DNA of 64,000 bases from an uncultured Acidobacteriota bacterium (GCA_913043225.1 CAJWLU010000008.1:64001-128000); one strand, 5' to 3'; shown: positions 54,487 to 64,000, numbered from the stretch's first letter. A program made the numbers and translations. Notes: a model not told the origin generated them from the sequence alone.

Positions 54487-55907
54487 GCGATGATGTCGTC
54501 TACGACGACGCCTGCCACGTCGGTTAGCCTGAAGTCTCGCCCCTGACTCTTATAGGTCAGCCGCTCGTGATCCAGTCCGAGCAGGTGGAGCAGTGTTGCA
54601 TGCAGATCGTGGATGTGCACTTTGTCTTCCACGGCGTAGTAGCCGTAGTCATCGGTACGGCCGTGGCTGTGCCCCGGCTTCACGCCTCCGCCCGCCATGA
54701 ACATCGTGTAGCCGTGCGGGTTGTGGTCCCGTCCGTTGCGCGCACCCGCTTCGGCTCCGGGAGTGCGTCCAAATTCTCCTCCCCAGAGCACGAGCGTCTC
54801 GTCCAGCAAGCCGCGCGACTTTAGGTCGGTGATCAGACCGGCCACCGGTTTGTCGATTTCTGCGCAGCTTTGCGGCAGACCCGTGATCAGGCCTGAGTGG
54901 TGGTCCCACTTCGTATCCGGACCGTGCGTGGCCTGGACGAATCGCACGCCAGATTCCGAGAACCGGCGGGCGAGGAGGCAACGGAGTCCAAAGTCGGACG
55001 TGAGAGGGTCGTCCAAGCCATAGAGCTTACGCGTCGCCTCCGACTCACCGTGGATGCTCATCAGCTCCGGTGCCTCGGTCTGCATCCTGAACGCCAGCTC
55101 GTAGGACTCGATGCGGCCCTCGAGCGCGAGGTCGGGTCCGGTTGCCGCCAGCTGCCGGCGCTGCCAGCGCTGGAGCAGGTCGAGCTCGGTGCGTTGGACG
55201 TTGGTGCCGACCGCCCGGTTCTCTAGGAAGTCGATGGTCGCGTCCGCGGTCGACATACGCGCGGTGCCGATCGCTGTGCCGTTGTAGGCGGCCGGAAGAA
55301 ACGCCGCCGAGTAGTTCTGGACCCCGCCGTGCTGATAGGACGGGCAGATGGTGATGAAGCCCGGGAGGTCTTCGTTGTCGGTGCCGAGCCCGTAGGCAAT
55401 CCAGGAGCCCATCGACGGCCGAACGAACCGGTCGCTGCCGGTGTTCATAGCGAGGATGGCGCCGCCGTGGGCGGCGTTGGTGCCATACATCGACCGAACG
55501 AAGCAGAGGTCGTCGGCGACGCCGGCTAGATTCGGCATCAGCTCGCTGATCCAGTGCCCAGATTGCCCATGCTGCTTGAAGTCCCACGGGCTCTTGAACA
55601 GGTTGCCCGTCTCGTTGAACTGCACGTCGGGCTTGGCGAATGGGAGCGGCTTGTTGTCGTCCCGGATTAGCAGCGGTTTGTACTCGAACAGGTCGTGTTG
55701 TGACGGGCCTCCGTGCATGTGCAGGAAGATGATTCGTTTCGCCTTGGGCGCGAAGTGCGGTGCCTTCACGGCCAGTGGATTGGCTTGGGCCGCAACGAGT
55801 TCTTCCTGCAGGAGCGAGGACAGCGCGAGCCCCCCGAATCCGCAGCCACAGGCCTTCAGCATGTCCCGCCGCGATACCGGCGGGGTCTGATAGTGGGGAT
55901 ACTTCAT
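54483..55907 (-). CDS. DUF1501 family protein, Tat-exported
   Basis: SRRDMLK..GFGGLAL, KAKRIIFL.M.GGPSQ, RPSMGSW, SYELAFRMQ, WDHH, GEFGRTP, GRDH. Confidence 0.9.
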   Translation of the reverse strand: MKYPHYQTPPVSRRDMLKACGCGFGGLALSSLLQEELVAAQANPLAVKAPHFAPKAKRIIFLHMHGGPSQHDLFEYKPLLIRDDNKPLPFAKPDVQFNETGNLFKSPWDFKQHGQSGHWISELMPNLAGVADDLCFVRSMYGTNAAHGGAILAMNTGSDRFVRPSMGSWIAYGLGTDNEDLPGFITICPSYQHGGVQNYSAAFLPAAYNGTAIGTARMSTADATIDFLENRAVGTNVQRTELDLLQRWQRRQLAATGPDLALEGRIESYELAFRMQTEAPELMSIHGESEATRKLYGLDDPLTSDFGLRCLLARRFSESGVRFVQATHGPDTKWDHHSGLITGLPQSCAEIDKPVAGLITDLKSRGLLDETLVLWGGEFGRTPGAEAGARNGRDHNPHGYTMFMAGGGVKPGHSHGRTDDYGYYAVEDKVHIHDLHATLLHLLGLDHERLTYKSQGRDFRLTDVAGVVVDDIIA

Positions 55908-55915
55908 AGCGGGTC

Positions 55916-58903
55916 TCAGTCGATGTAGATGAACTCGCTGGCGCCCAGGATCACGTGGCACAGCCGGGTCCACGCGAATGTCTCTTCCTCACCCGCGGGC
56001 GCAACGTTACGCATTTCGGCGAGGAATGACAGGCTGTCGTCAATCTCTGCCTGGGACGCTTGTCGGCCGTAGGCGTAGACGAATGCGGTCGCGATGCGCG
56101 CTTCTGGGCTCGCGGCGGTGTCGGCCAGGAGCCGCTCGGCGAATCGACGGGCCTGGGTCTCGACGAATTCGCTGTTCATCATCAGGAGCGCCTGCGATGG
56201 CACCACCGTCGCCGGCCGTGCCCCCACCGAGTCGCTCGCGTTCCCAAAGTCGAAGCCCGCGAAGATGTCATAGATCGCGTTTCGCACGACGGGCATGTAG
56301 ACCGATCGACGCGGCGCGGCGTAGAAGTTGAACTGTCCGAAGGTGTTGCCCTCGCTGAAGACGTACCCGCGCGGGTTGTACTCTTCCACCCGGCCGCCCA
56401 TGGTTAGGTCTAGGGTGCCCGCCAGTTGGAGGAGGCTGTCGCGAATCGGCTCCACTTCGAGCCGGCGCCGGTTCATCCGCCAATGCAGCTGGTTGCCCTC
56501 GTCGGTCGCCGCCTGCACCCTCCCGTAGTCCGTGCTGAGCCGATAGGTGCTCGAAAGCAGAATCTCGCGATGGAGCGCCTTGACGGACCATCCCTGCTCG
56601 ATAAACCGGCGGGCGAGCCAGTCCAGTAGCTCCGGGTGGGTGGGCGTCGAGCCGGTCGCCCCGAAATTGCTCGGGGTATCGACGAGACCGCGGCCAAAGT
56701 GCCAGTGCCAGAGGCGGTTAACCATGACCCGGGCCGTGAGAGGGTGCTCCGGATGGGTGATCCATTCCGCTAGCTGCAGCCGGCCGCTCTCGTTGGCTGG
56801 AATCGGTGGTGGTGGCACCAGGTGGTCGGTGACCCGAAGGAATCCGCGCGGCTGTGGGGTGTCGGTCAGGTTAAGGTGGCTGCCTCGGATGTGGACCGGT
56901 AGGTCTACGATCTCGTCCTCCTGAACCGACATCGCGTAGAGAGGCCTGGGCGGCGACGCCGCTTCGCGCTCTTCGACTACTGCCCGGAGCGCGGCCAGCT
57001 CGGTCATCACCTCTTCGGGGTAGAAGCGCTCTTCTTCGGTCTGCGGCAGACAGAGGATGCAGAGCCGACCGTCGTAGACCAGCCGCCGCAGCTCTTCCTG
57101 CTCTCGTGGTAGCCGGAAATCCCGGGGCGACAGCTCTTCTTCGTCTCTTAGCCCGAGTCGCTGGAGGTGTTCGCTCCAGGCGATGTCGATCACGCCGAAG
57201 AGGTTGGCGTAGCGCCAGGCGACCTCTTCGAGGCTACGGGGCGCCGGACCGCGCACCAGATTTCGTGTGAGCGGGGCGATGAGCACCTTCTCGGAAGCGA
57301 TCAGCGACCGGAGATCTTCGGTCACCTTTTCATAGGTTGACGGGTCGGCGGAGGCGTAGGTGTCCCAGATCTCGAAGACCACACTTGGGTTCGCACCGTC
57401 GCCCTGTACCGGCGGCCCCTCCCGATAGTCGAAGAACGCTCGCACCCACTTGGCGACGACCGCCACCTCGAGTCCATCACGTTCAGCGATCCGGTAGACC
57501 TCGTCCATGGCGACTCGGTTCGCCTCTTCGTCCTCGCTCCAGTAAGAGTACGCCTCCTCGGCGGCGAGCAGATACGCGGCGAGCGCTTCCCGCCGCGGTC
57601 GGCGGAGTTCCTCGTTCTGGGCATCGATGACGGCGGATACGGCTTCTTCCGCTTCTTCGACTAACTCCTGCGCCGCCTCGTAGGCGTCGACCGTGGCCTC
57701 GTCGGCCAACGGGCGTTCCACCCAGCGGCTGTCTTCACCGCCCATCGTCTTGGTGGATCGCATAATGCCGGCCATCGCGTAGTAATCGGCGGTGGGGATC
57801 GGATCGAACTTGTGGTCGTGACACCGCGCGCAGCCGATCGGTTCGGCCAAGAAGGCCCGTCCCACCACGTTTACTTGCTCATCGACGATGTCGATCAGCA
57901 TCTTGTCGACGTCCTGCTCGGCCAGCACCTTGGCGCCCACCGTCAGGAAACCGGTCGCCCTTAGGTTCGCGAACCGTTCCTCGTCCGAGGCCGCCGGCAG
58001 CAGGTCCCCCGCGATCTGGGCCTTGACGAACTGGTGGTAAGGCAGGTCGTCGTTGAAAGCGGCGATCACCCAGTCGCGATAGAGGAACGCGTTTCGATGG
58101 GCGACGTTCTCGTCTAGCCCGTTCGAGTCAGCGTAGCGGGCCACGTCCAGCCAGTGCCGGCCCCAGCGTTCCCCGTAGCGGGGCGACGCTAGCAGCCGGT
58201 CAACCACACGCTCGTAGGCATCCGATCTGGTGTCAGCCAGAAACGCGTCGATCGCGGCCGGGGTGGGGGGCAGGCCCGTCAGGTCAAAGGTAACGCGGCG
58301 CAGGAGTTGGCGCTTGCCGGCTGGGCCAACGGGGTCAAGGCCTTCCAGTTCGAGGCGGGACAGGATGAACCGATCGATCGGTTTTCGCACCCAGGATTCG
58401 TTTCGCACGGGCGGGGGCGTCGGGCGACGCATCGCCTGGAACGCCCAGTGCTCGCGCCCGGGACCGAAGTCGTACTCGGCGCCGGCGTCCGAACGAGCGG
58501 CCACCACGGGTGTGTCCGAGACTCTGGGGTCGGGGGCGCCGGCAGTAATCCACCGTTCGAAGTCGGCGACCACATCGTCGGGAAGCCGTCCGTCGGGCGG
58601 CATTTTGATAGGGCCCTCATACTGGATGGCCTTGATCAGGAGACTGTCGTCAGGGGCGCCGGCGACCATGACAGCCCCGCTGTCACCACCGGCCTGCATG
58701 CCCTCCGCGTCCATTAGCACAAGCCCGCCCCGGACCCGCTCTGGGTCGGCTCCGTGGCACTGATAGCAGCGCTCGGCGAGGACGGGGCGAATCTTCGATT
58801 CGAAGTGTTCCAGATCGTCGGTGGTACCCGGCTGGGCGGACGCGTTCGTGGACGTCGAGAGGAGTAGCAGCGATGCGGCCAGCGTCGATCTCAAGAGGCG
58901 CAT
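55916..58903 (-). CDS. DUF1549/DUF1553 (PSCyt1-PSCyt2-PSD1) c-type cytochrome protein
   Basis: FESKIRPVLAERCYQCH, RRVTFDLTGLPPT, YGERWGRHWLD, CARCHDHKFDPI, ARVMVNRLW.WHFGRG, PTHPELLDWLA. Confidence 0.92.
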   Translation of the reverse strand: MRLLRSTLAASLLLLSTSTNASAQPGTTDDLEHFESKIRPVLAERCYQCHGADPERVRGGLVLMDAEGMQAGGDSGAVMVAGAPDDSLLIKAIQYEGPIKMPPDGRLPDDVVADFERWITAGAPDPRVSDTPVVAARSDAGAEYDFGPGREHWAFQAMRRPTPPPVRNESWVRKPIDRFILSRLELEGLDPVGPAGKRQLLRRVTFDLTGLPPTPAAIDAFLADTRSDAYERVVDRLLASPRYGERWGRHWLDVARYADSNGLDENVAHRNAFLYRDWVIAAFNDDLPYHQFVKAQIAGDLLPAASDEERFANLRATGFLTVGAKVLAEQDVDKMLIDIVDEQVNVVGRAFLAEPIGCARCHDHKFDPIPTADYYAMAGIMRSTKTMGGEDSRWVERPLADEATVDAYEAAQELVEEAEEAVSAVIDAQNEELRRPRREALAAYLLAAEEAYSYWSEDEEANRVAMDEVYRIAERDGLEVAVVAKWVRAFFDYREGPPVQGDGANPSVVFEIWDTYASADPSTYEKVTEDLRSLIASEKVLIAPLTRNLVRGPAPRSLEEVAWRYANLFGVIDIAWSEHLQRLGLRDEEELSPRDFRLPREQEELRRLVYDGRLCILCLPQTEEERFYPEEVMTELAALRAVVEEREAASPPRPLYAMSVQEDEIVDLPVHIRGSHLNLTDTPQPRGFLRVTDHLVPPPPIPANESGRLQLAEWITHPEHPLTARVMVNRLWHWHFGRGLVDTPSNFGATGSTPTHPELLDWLARRFIEQGWSVKALHREILLSSTYRLSTDYGRVQAATDEGNQLHWRMNRRRLEVEPIRDSLLQLAGTLDLTMGGRVEEYNPRGYVFSEGNTFGQFNFYAAPRRSVYMPVVRNAIYDIFAGFDFGNASDSVGARPATVVPSQALLMMNSEFVETQARRFAERLLADTAASPEARIATAFVYAYGRQASQAEIDDSLSFLAEMRNVAPAGEEETFAWTRLCHVILGASEFIYID

Positions 58904-58983
58904 TCTGAGTGTCAACCCTACCTCAGTCGCGTCGTGTGACCAAGGAGTCAAGGGGTGGGCACACGCTGCCAGGGATGAGGGAT

Positions 58984-58996
58984 GAGTCTTAGACTC
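58984..58996. promoter_or_regulatory. Candidate operator palindrome in a divergent promoter region
   Basis: GAGTCT-T-AGACTC, preceded by the direct repeat GGGATGA-GGGATGA. Confidence 0.3.
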
Positions 58997-59239
58997 CTGT
59001 CGGCGGCCGGATCAAGTAGGACGCGTAGTTAGTACCGATGCGGGAACAGGGCGAAGACGTGGCTCTTCCTTGGCTGAATTCACGAGTAGCGACGTCGCAG
59101 TTTGTACGGCCGCGTCCTCAATTAGCGAGAGCGGCGCTGGCGCGGTGAACATCTCTTCCAGACTGGTAGCTGTGGACCCCTGCGTCCCTGGTGGTATGAA
59201 TCACCACGTGCGAAGATGGCCCACGCTAAGGAGGTTGTC

Positions 59240-60676
59240 ATGCAATTTGGGCGATGGGTTCTCGTCATCGGGTCGGTGATCGTGGCGGTACCGGCTTCGG
59301 TCTCGGCGCAGTCGCCTGACGACCTTGGCGGTGTCGTCTACGTGTCGGCAGTAGCCGCGCCCGGCGGCGACGGAAGCCGTCAGGCGCCGTTTCGGACCCT
59401 GGCTGCGGCGCAGGCAGCGTCGGCGGCGGGCGACACGATCCACCTGTTGCCCTCTGACCAGGTGCTCGATGGAGCGATCACGCTGAAGCCGGGCCAGAAG
59501 TTGCTTGGCCTTACCTCCGACGGCACTCCGGCCACTGACCCGGTCGAGCGGGTGCGTCTGACCAGCACAGCCGAGTTGCCCGAGGGCACGGTGGTGACCT
59601 TGGGCGGAAACAATGAGATCGCCGGTGTTCACTTTGAAGAGATGGTGGGACACGCCATTGCTGGCCACGGGGTCGACTATTCTGGGACTTTCATCCATCA
59701 CGCGACCTTCGAAGGCAACGCCGACGAGCACATCGCGGACGAGCGCGGGCAGGTCTACGCCGTGAGTTTCGATGCCAGCCTCGGTGTGCGCTACGACGTT
59801 CGTATCGAAGACAGCCTTTTTCGGGACGGAGAAGACCTGGGAGCGATCCGGGTGTTTCATTCGGGTGATAGTGAGGGCCGCTACCACTTTGCCCGCAATG
59901 AGTTCTTCAGCCTGGGCGGACGGCCCTACTTCGTCCGGACCCGGGAGACCAGCCGAGTCGAGACGGTGATTCTGGACTCGGTGGCCGATAGCATCGGGCG
60001 TGGTGACCGGAACTCGGACAGCATCATTCCGTATCTGATGGGGCGTTCCGAGCAGGTCATGCTGGTGCGCAACTACCGGTTTGACAACACCCAGCAGGTG
60101 GGCAACCGGTCGAGCACCGGCATCGAGGGCTATATCTTCGGTTCGCCTCGGGAAGACGAAGCCAACTGGTGTGATGGATGCCGGTTAACACTGGTCATCG
60201 AGGACAGCGTGCTGCGAAACGCCGTTACCGACCCGATCCAGTTCTCTAATTCTGGACGTGACTCGGTGCTGCGCTACGTCATTCGAGATACCAAGATTCT
60301 CGGGGGCACGCCTCGTCAGGGTGGCGGCGGAATCTCGGTGAACCTGCAGGATGAGCCTGACAGCGATGGTAGCACCACACTGCTCGTAGAGGGCACCGAC
60401 GTGGTCGGTACCGACGGGTTCGGGTTGAGCGTCAACAACGGCGGCGGAGGGGATGCGCTGACCGTGGACCTTGGTGGCGGGCCGCTCGGGAGCCAGGGCG
60501 GCAACCGGCTGCTGGACAACGATCGTGGGCCGCTGCGGCTGGCTCCGGGGTGGACCATCCACGCTGGCGGGAACTGGTGGGGTGGCGACGAGCCGGCCGT
60601 CCTGGGGCCGGACGACCAGCCGTCGTCACACTCCGAGGTCTTTCTCGATCCGGTCTTGAGCGAAGACCCCCTATAG
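59240..60676 (+). CDS. Secreted right-handed beta-helix (pectin-lyase-like/DUF1565-type) protein
   Basis: AAGGAGG RBS; signal peptide; VYV..GGDGSRQAPFRTLAAA..GDTIHL; C-terminal DLGGGPLGSQGGN..NWWG. Confidence 0.72.
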   Translation: MQFGRWVLVIGSVIVAVPASVSAQSPDDLGGVVYVSAVAAPGGDGSRQAPFRTLAAAQAASAAGDTIHLLPSDQVLDGAITLKPGQKLLGLTSDGTPATDPVERVRLTSTAELPEGTVVTLGGNNEIAGVHFEEMVGHAIAGHGVDYSGTFIHHATFEGNADEHIADERGQVYAVSFDASLGVRYDVRIEDSLFRDGEDLGAIRVFHSGDSEGRYHFARNEFFSLGGRPYFVRTRETSRVETVILDSVADSIGRGDRNSDSIIPYLMGRSEQVMLVRNYRFDNTQQVGNRSSTGIEGYIFGSPREDEANWCDGCRLTLVIEDSVLRNAVTDPIQFSNSGRDSVLRYVIRDTKILGGTPRQGGGGISVNLQDEPDSDGSTTLLVEGTDVVGTDGFGLSVNNGGGGDALTVDLGGGPLGSQGGNRLLDNDRGPLRLAPGWTIHAGGNWWGGDEPAVLGPDDQPSSHSEVFLDPVLSEDPL

Positions 60677-60683
60677 GCAGGCG

Positions 60684-61631
60684 CTACTGCCCATCGTAGA
60701 GATACTGCACCGTCGCCTGGAGCCGATCCTCGGTGGCGACGTAATCGCTGTACTGGCTGGGCACGCTGTAAGACGAGACCACTTCGTCCACCGAGCGGCC
60801 AGCGGCTTTTCCGGCTTCGGCCTTCGCCACGACGTCATTGTAGAACCCGCCGTAGTCCACGAAGTCCTGCCAGGGTAGGGGCACCGGGTTGTGGCCTGGG
60901 ATGACCCGGTCGACGCCGGAGATGCCGGCGGCTGCCTTGGTCAGGGTTTTGCCGAACTCGGTTGCGCTGCCGTTGCTGCTGGCGACGTCGAGATAAGGTA
61001 GCCCCTTGCGGGCCATCATGTCGCCGGTATGCATCACCCGCGCGTCGCGGAACACGACAAACGTGTCGCCGTCGGTGTGGCCGCGCCCGAAGTAGTACAA
61101 GTCGATGCTGTCGGCACCGCTGTGCACCGTCATCCGGTCGCTGAAGGTCTGGTCCGGTAGAAACCGCGCGTTCTCACCCTTGAAGGCGTCGCAGTTCTTG
61201 ATCGAGCCGCCCTGGAAGCCGGTGCCGTCGCCACAGTCGTCGCTGCGGAGGTTGGCCGCCGTGTTCTCGTGGACGACGATGTTGACGCTTTCTGGAAACT
61301 CAGCGTTGGCACCGGTGTGGTCCCAGTGGGTGTGCGTATTGATGATTGTGGTGACCGGCTTGTCGGTGAGTGCGCGCACAACACTTAGGATGTCCGGGCC
61401 GTAGCCCTTGATCTTCGTGTCGACGAGGGTGACCCCGTCGCTGGCCACGAAGATGGCGGTGTTGCCGCCGCCACCCATGCCCTGTACAGATGGGGCATTG
61501 GCCAACATGAACAGGTTGTCGTCGAGTTCCTGTACGGCCAAGGTCGCGCGATCCTGACGAGCCTCGTTGACGGCGACGGTCGTCAGGACGCCGACAAGAA
61601 TCAAAAGCGTCAGGCAGCTGCTGCGTGTCAT
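60684..61631 (-). CDS. Secreted MBL-fold metallo-hydrolase, paralogue of 4100-5035
   Basis: GAGGA RBS; INTHTHWDHTGAN, IDLYYFGRGHTDGDTFVVF, IPGH. Confidence 0.88.
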   Translation of the reverse strand: MTRSSCLTLLILVGVLTTVAVNEARQDRATLAVQELDDNLFMLANAPSVQGMGGGGNTAIFVASDGVTLVDTKIKGYGPDILSVVRALTDKPVTTIINTHTHWDHTGANAEFPESVNIVVHENTAANLRSDDCGDGTGFQGGSIKNCDAFKGENARFLPDQTFSDRMTVHSGADSIDLYYFGRGHTDGDTFVVFRDARVMHTGDMMARKGLPYLDVASSNGSATEFGKTLTKAAAGISGVDRVIPGHNPVPLPWQDFVDYGGFYNDVVAKAEAGKAAGRSVDEVVSSYSVPSQYSDYVATEDRLQATVQYLYDGQ

Positions 61632-61724
61632 CGTATCCTCTCCTGTTTTCATGAGGCGGTGCCCCAGACCCCACGCTGTGTCGTGCGGTCGCGGCCACAC
61701 TATACTGGCGTTTTAGCCGCGAGA

Positions 61725-61892
61725 CTACAGGTTAGGGACGCCCGACGGAATGAACGCCACCGAGTGAACCGGGCCGCCGCGCTCCCCTTCAATTTCCGCC
61801 AGGAGCGCCACGACGCATGTCCCGGAGGGCGGGAGCGCTGACAGGTCGACCAGAGTCTCCCACCCGATGACGTTTTTGCCATACAAGTTGTA
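61725..61892 (-). pseudogene. 3' remnant of a cyclase-family (kynurenine formamidase-like) gene
   Basis: NLYGKNVIGWETLVDLSALPPSGTCVVALLAEIEGERGGPVHSVAFIP is a degenerate match to 'EN..NL..LP..G..V.ALP.KI.GGSGGP.R.VA'. Confidence 0.6.
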
Positions 61893-61961
61893 GGGAGACC
61901 TCACATTATCGGGATCGGATCGGTCCCAAGGAGCCGCGTCTGGAGGTATCATGGTGTAGCT

Positions 61962-64000
61962 ATGCGTTGGCGTTTGCTGCCGATTTTGCTGGCGGGGCTG
62001 GTGCCCTTGGTTGTCCCGTCCTCCGTGTGGGGGCAGGCCATGTCGGCCGAGTTGACACGCGCGGTCCTCGACCAGTACTGCGTTCGCTGTCACAACGAGC
62101 GCCGCCCGACGGCCGACGTCGTGCTCGACCGCGATCTGAGCAACGTGGCGGCTGATGCCGAGGTCTGGGAGCGCGTGCTGGTCAAGCTTCGGGCCCAAAC
62201 GATGCCGCCGGGCGGCAATCCGCGCCCGAGTGAGGACGTCTATCGTGGCGTCTCGTCGTGGTTGGCCTCGGAAATCGACCGGGTGGCACTGGTGGATCCC
62301 GATCCTGGGCGGGGTGAGACATTGCACCGGTTGAACCGCGCGGAGTATCACGCCGCGGTTCGCGATCTTTTGTCCGTCGACGTTGATGTGGCGTTACTCC
62401 TGCCGGTCGACAACACCTACGAGCACGGTTTCGACAATAACGGCGACATGCTCTCGATCTCGCCGGACCTGGTGTCCCGCTATCTGTCTGCGGCCCGGAA
62501 GATCAGCCGGCTTGCCGTCGGCATTCCGCCGGTCGGTCCCACTGTCGACACCTACCGGGTGCATCCGGGACTGTTGCAGGACGACCGACAGCACGACGCT
62601 CTGTCATTCGGGTCTCGAGGCGGCCTGGCTATTCGACACTACTTTCCAGTGGACGGGGAGTACACGATCAGCATTGGGCTGCACCGGAATTTCTCCGACT
62701 ACATCATCGGATTCTCGGCGCCCCAGGTGATCGACGTGCGGGTCGACGGGGCGCTTGTAACGCGCTTTGATGTCGGCAACGCCGACGCCGTGGGACAGAT
62801 GGCTCCCCTGAGCTTCTCCGGAAACATCGCTGGAGATCCAGACTGGGAGTACTACATGAACACCGGCGACGCTGGTCTCGAGGTGACCTTCTCGGCCCTG
62901 GCTGGGTCGCGCGTGGTGGGTGTGTCGTTTCTGCGTCAGCAGTCAGAGCACGAGGGCATCCTGCAGCCACGCAACCGCGGCTACGGGCGATTCGTCGACG
63001 AGCGGTACGACGAGAACGCTCTGCTCGAGCACGTGTCGATCGGCGGGCCCTACACGGTGGAGGGAGTGGGCGACACGCCTAGTCGTGGACAGATCTTCGT
63101 GTGTCAGCCGGACGCCGAAACGGCAGAGGCGGCGTGCGCGATCGAGATTCTCGAGCGGCTTGCGGCGCGGGCGTTTCGGCGTCCGGTAGGCGAGTCCGAG
63201 GTCGCGACGTTCATGACGTTCTTCGCCGAAGGCCGCCGCGATGGCACGTTTGACGATGGCATCCAGTTCGCGCTTGAGCGGCTGCTGGTCGACCCAGAGT
63301 TCCTGTTCCGGATCGAGCGGGACCCGATCGATGTGGGGCCCGGCGATCGCTACGTGTTGAGCGATCTGGAACTGGCCTCTAGGCTCTCGTTTTTCCTGTG
63401 GAGCAGCATTCCGGACCAGGAGTTGCTCGAAGTGGCGACTAGCGGCCGGCTGCGTGAGCCAGGCGTCCTCGACGCTCAGACCAGCCGGTTGCTTGCCGAT
63501 CCGCGCTCGCACGCGCTGGTGGACAATTTCGTGAGCCAATGGCTCCGGCTGCGCAATCTCGACTCACAGGAGCGCGAGTCAGCGGAGTATCCCGAGTTCG
63601 ACGAGAACCTGCGCGAAGCGTTCCGCCGGGAAACGGAGCTGTTCGTCGGTACCAGCATCCGCGAAGATCGCAGTCTGCTGGAACTGCTCGATGCCGGTTA
63701 CACCTTTGTCAACGAGCGGCTGGCCCGGTTCTACGGTATCGAGGGTGTCTACGGCGATCGGTTCCGACGGGTGGCGCTTGGCCCGGATCATCCGCGCCGC
63801 GGATTGCTGGGGAAGGGTGGGTTGCTGATGGTCACCTCCTATCCCAACCGTACCTCGCCGGTGCTGCGTGGCAAGTGGTTGCTCGAGAGCATTCTCGGGG
63901 CGCCGCCGCCTGAGCCTCCACCTAACGTGCCAGGCTTGCCGGATCGTGGCGAAGAAGGCGAGCCGGCCTCGGTCCGCGAGCGCCTCGAACGGCATCGTGC
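61962..64000 (+). CDS. DUF1592-family c-type cytochrome protein, divergent canonical type P6 (3' end outside window)
   Basis: Not in the ORF track; MRWRLLPILLAG signal, YCVRCH, WERV..KLR...MPP, LHRLNRAEY, GFDN, RAFRRP, LASRLSFFLWSSIPD, RTSPVLRGKW, SVRERLERHR. Confidence 0.9.
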   Translation, partial: MRWRLLPILLAGLVPLVVPSSVWGQAMSAELTRAVLDQYCVRCHNERRPTADVVLDRDLSNVAADAEVWERVLVKLRAQTMPPGGNPRPSEDVYRGVSSWLASEIDRVALVDPDPGRGETLHRLNRAEYHAAVRDLLSVDVDVALLLPVDNTYEHGFDNNGDMLSISPDLVSRYLSAARKISRLAVGIPPVGPTVDTYRVHPGLLQDDRQHDALSFGSRGGLAIRHYFPVDGEYTISIGLHRNFSDYIIGFSAPQVIDVRVDGALVTRFDVGNADAVGQMAPLSFSGNIAGDPDWEYYMNTGDAGLEVTFSALAGSRVVGVSFLRQQSEHEGILQPRNRGYGRFVDERYDENALLEHVSIGGPYTVEGVGDTPSRGQIFVCQPDAETAEAACAIEILERLAARAFRRPVGESEVATFMTFFAEGRRDGTFDDGIQFALERLLVDPEFLFRIERDPIDVGPGDRYVLSDLELASRLSFFLWSSIPDQELLEVATSGRLREPGVLDAQTSRLLADPRSHALVDNFVSQWLRLRNLDSQERESAEYPEFDENLREAFRRETELFVGTSIREDRSLLELLDAGYTFVNERLARFYGIEGVYGDRFRRVALGPDHPRRGLLGKGGLLMVTSYPNRTSPVLRGKWLLESILGAPPPEPPPNVPGLPDRGEEGEPASVRERLERHR

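Noticed and set aside
2..61631. Amber (TAG) reassignment to an amino acid
   Set aside because: TAGs fall at expected family C-termini (receptor terminal Phe, PQQ FALP) and downstream genes have their own signal peptides and often RBSs

Overview
High-GC, gene-dense bacterial window with about 41 intact CDSs. The family repertoire suggests Acidobacteriota, probably Vicinamibacterales-like (inference): PQQ dehydrogenases, an Oar-type TonB-dependent receptor, VWA-like proteins, CRTAC1/ASPIC-UnbV proteins, and DUF1592/DUF1552 and DUF1549-DUF1553/DUF1501 modules. No rRNA, tRNA, CRISPR array, transposase or integrase was recognised. Most predicted proteins carry Sec, Tat or lipoprotein signals and occur as paralogue sets. 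The standout is a local expansion of c-type-heme DUF1592-family (PSD/PSCyt) proteins. Five close paralogues share a strongly conserved scaffold but differ in three discrete hypervariable loops, and only one has an adjacent Tat-exported DUF1552 partner; a sixth, divergent copy runs off the right edge. The five flank a ~17 kb TonB receptor / CRTAC1 x3 / TPR x3 / VWA x2 / heptaheme-cytochrome cluster, and three of them are co-operonic with an OYE, two secreted VOC proteins and an SDR. Also present: a rifampicin-phosphotransferase/PigC-like enzyme, an actinobacterial-like heterodimeric ABC exporter, a REP-like palindrome family, three 3'-end gene remnants (two absent from the ORF track), and TAG-dominated stop usage. 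All family calls are from motif recognition by eye, not database searches.
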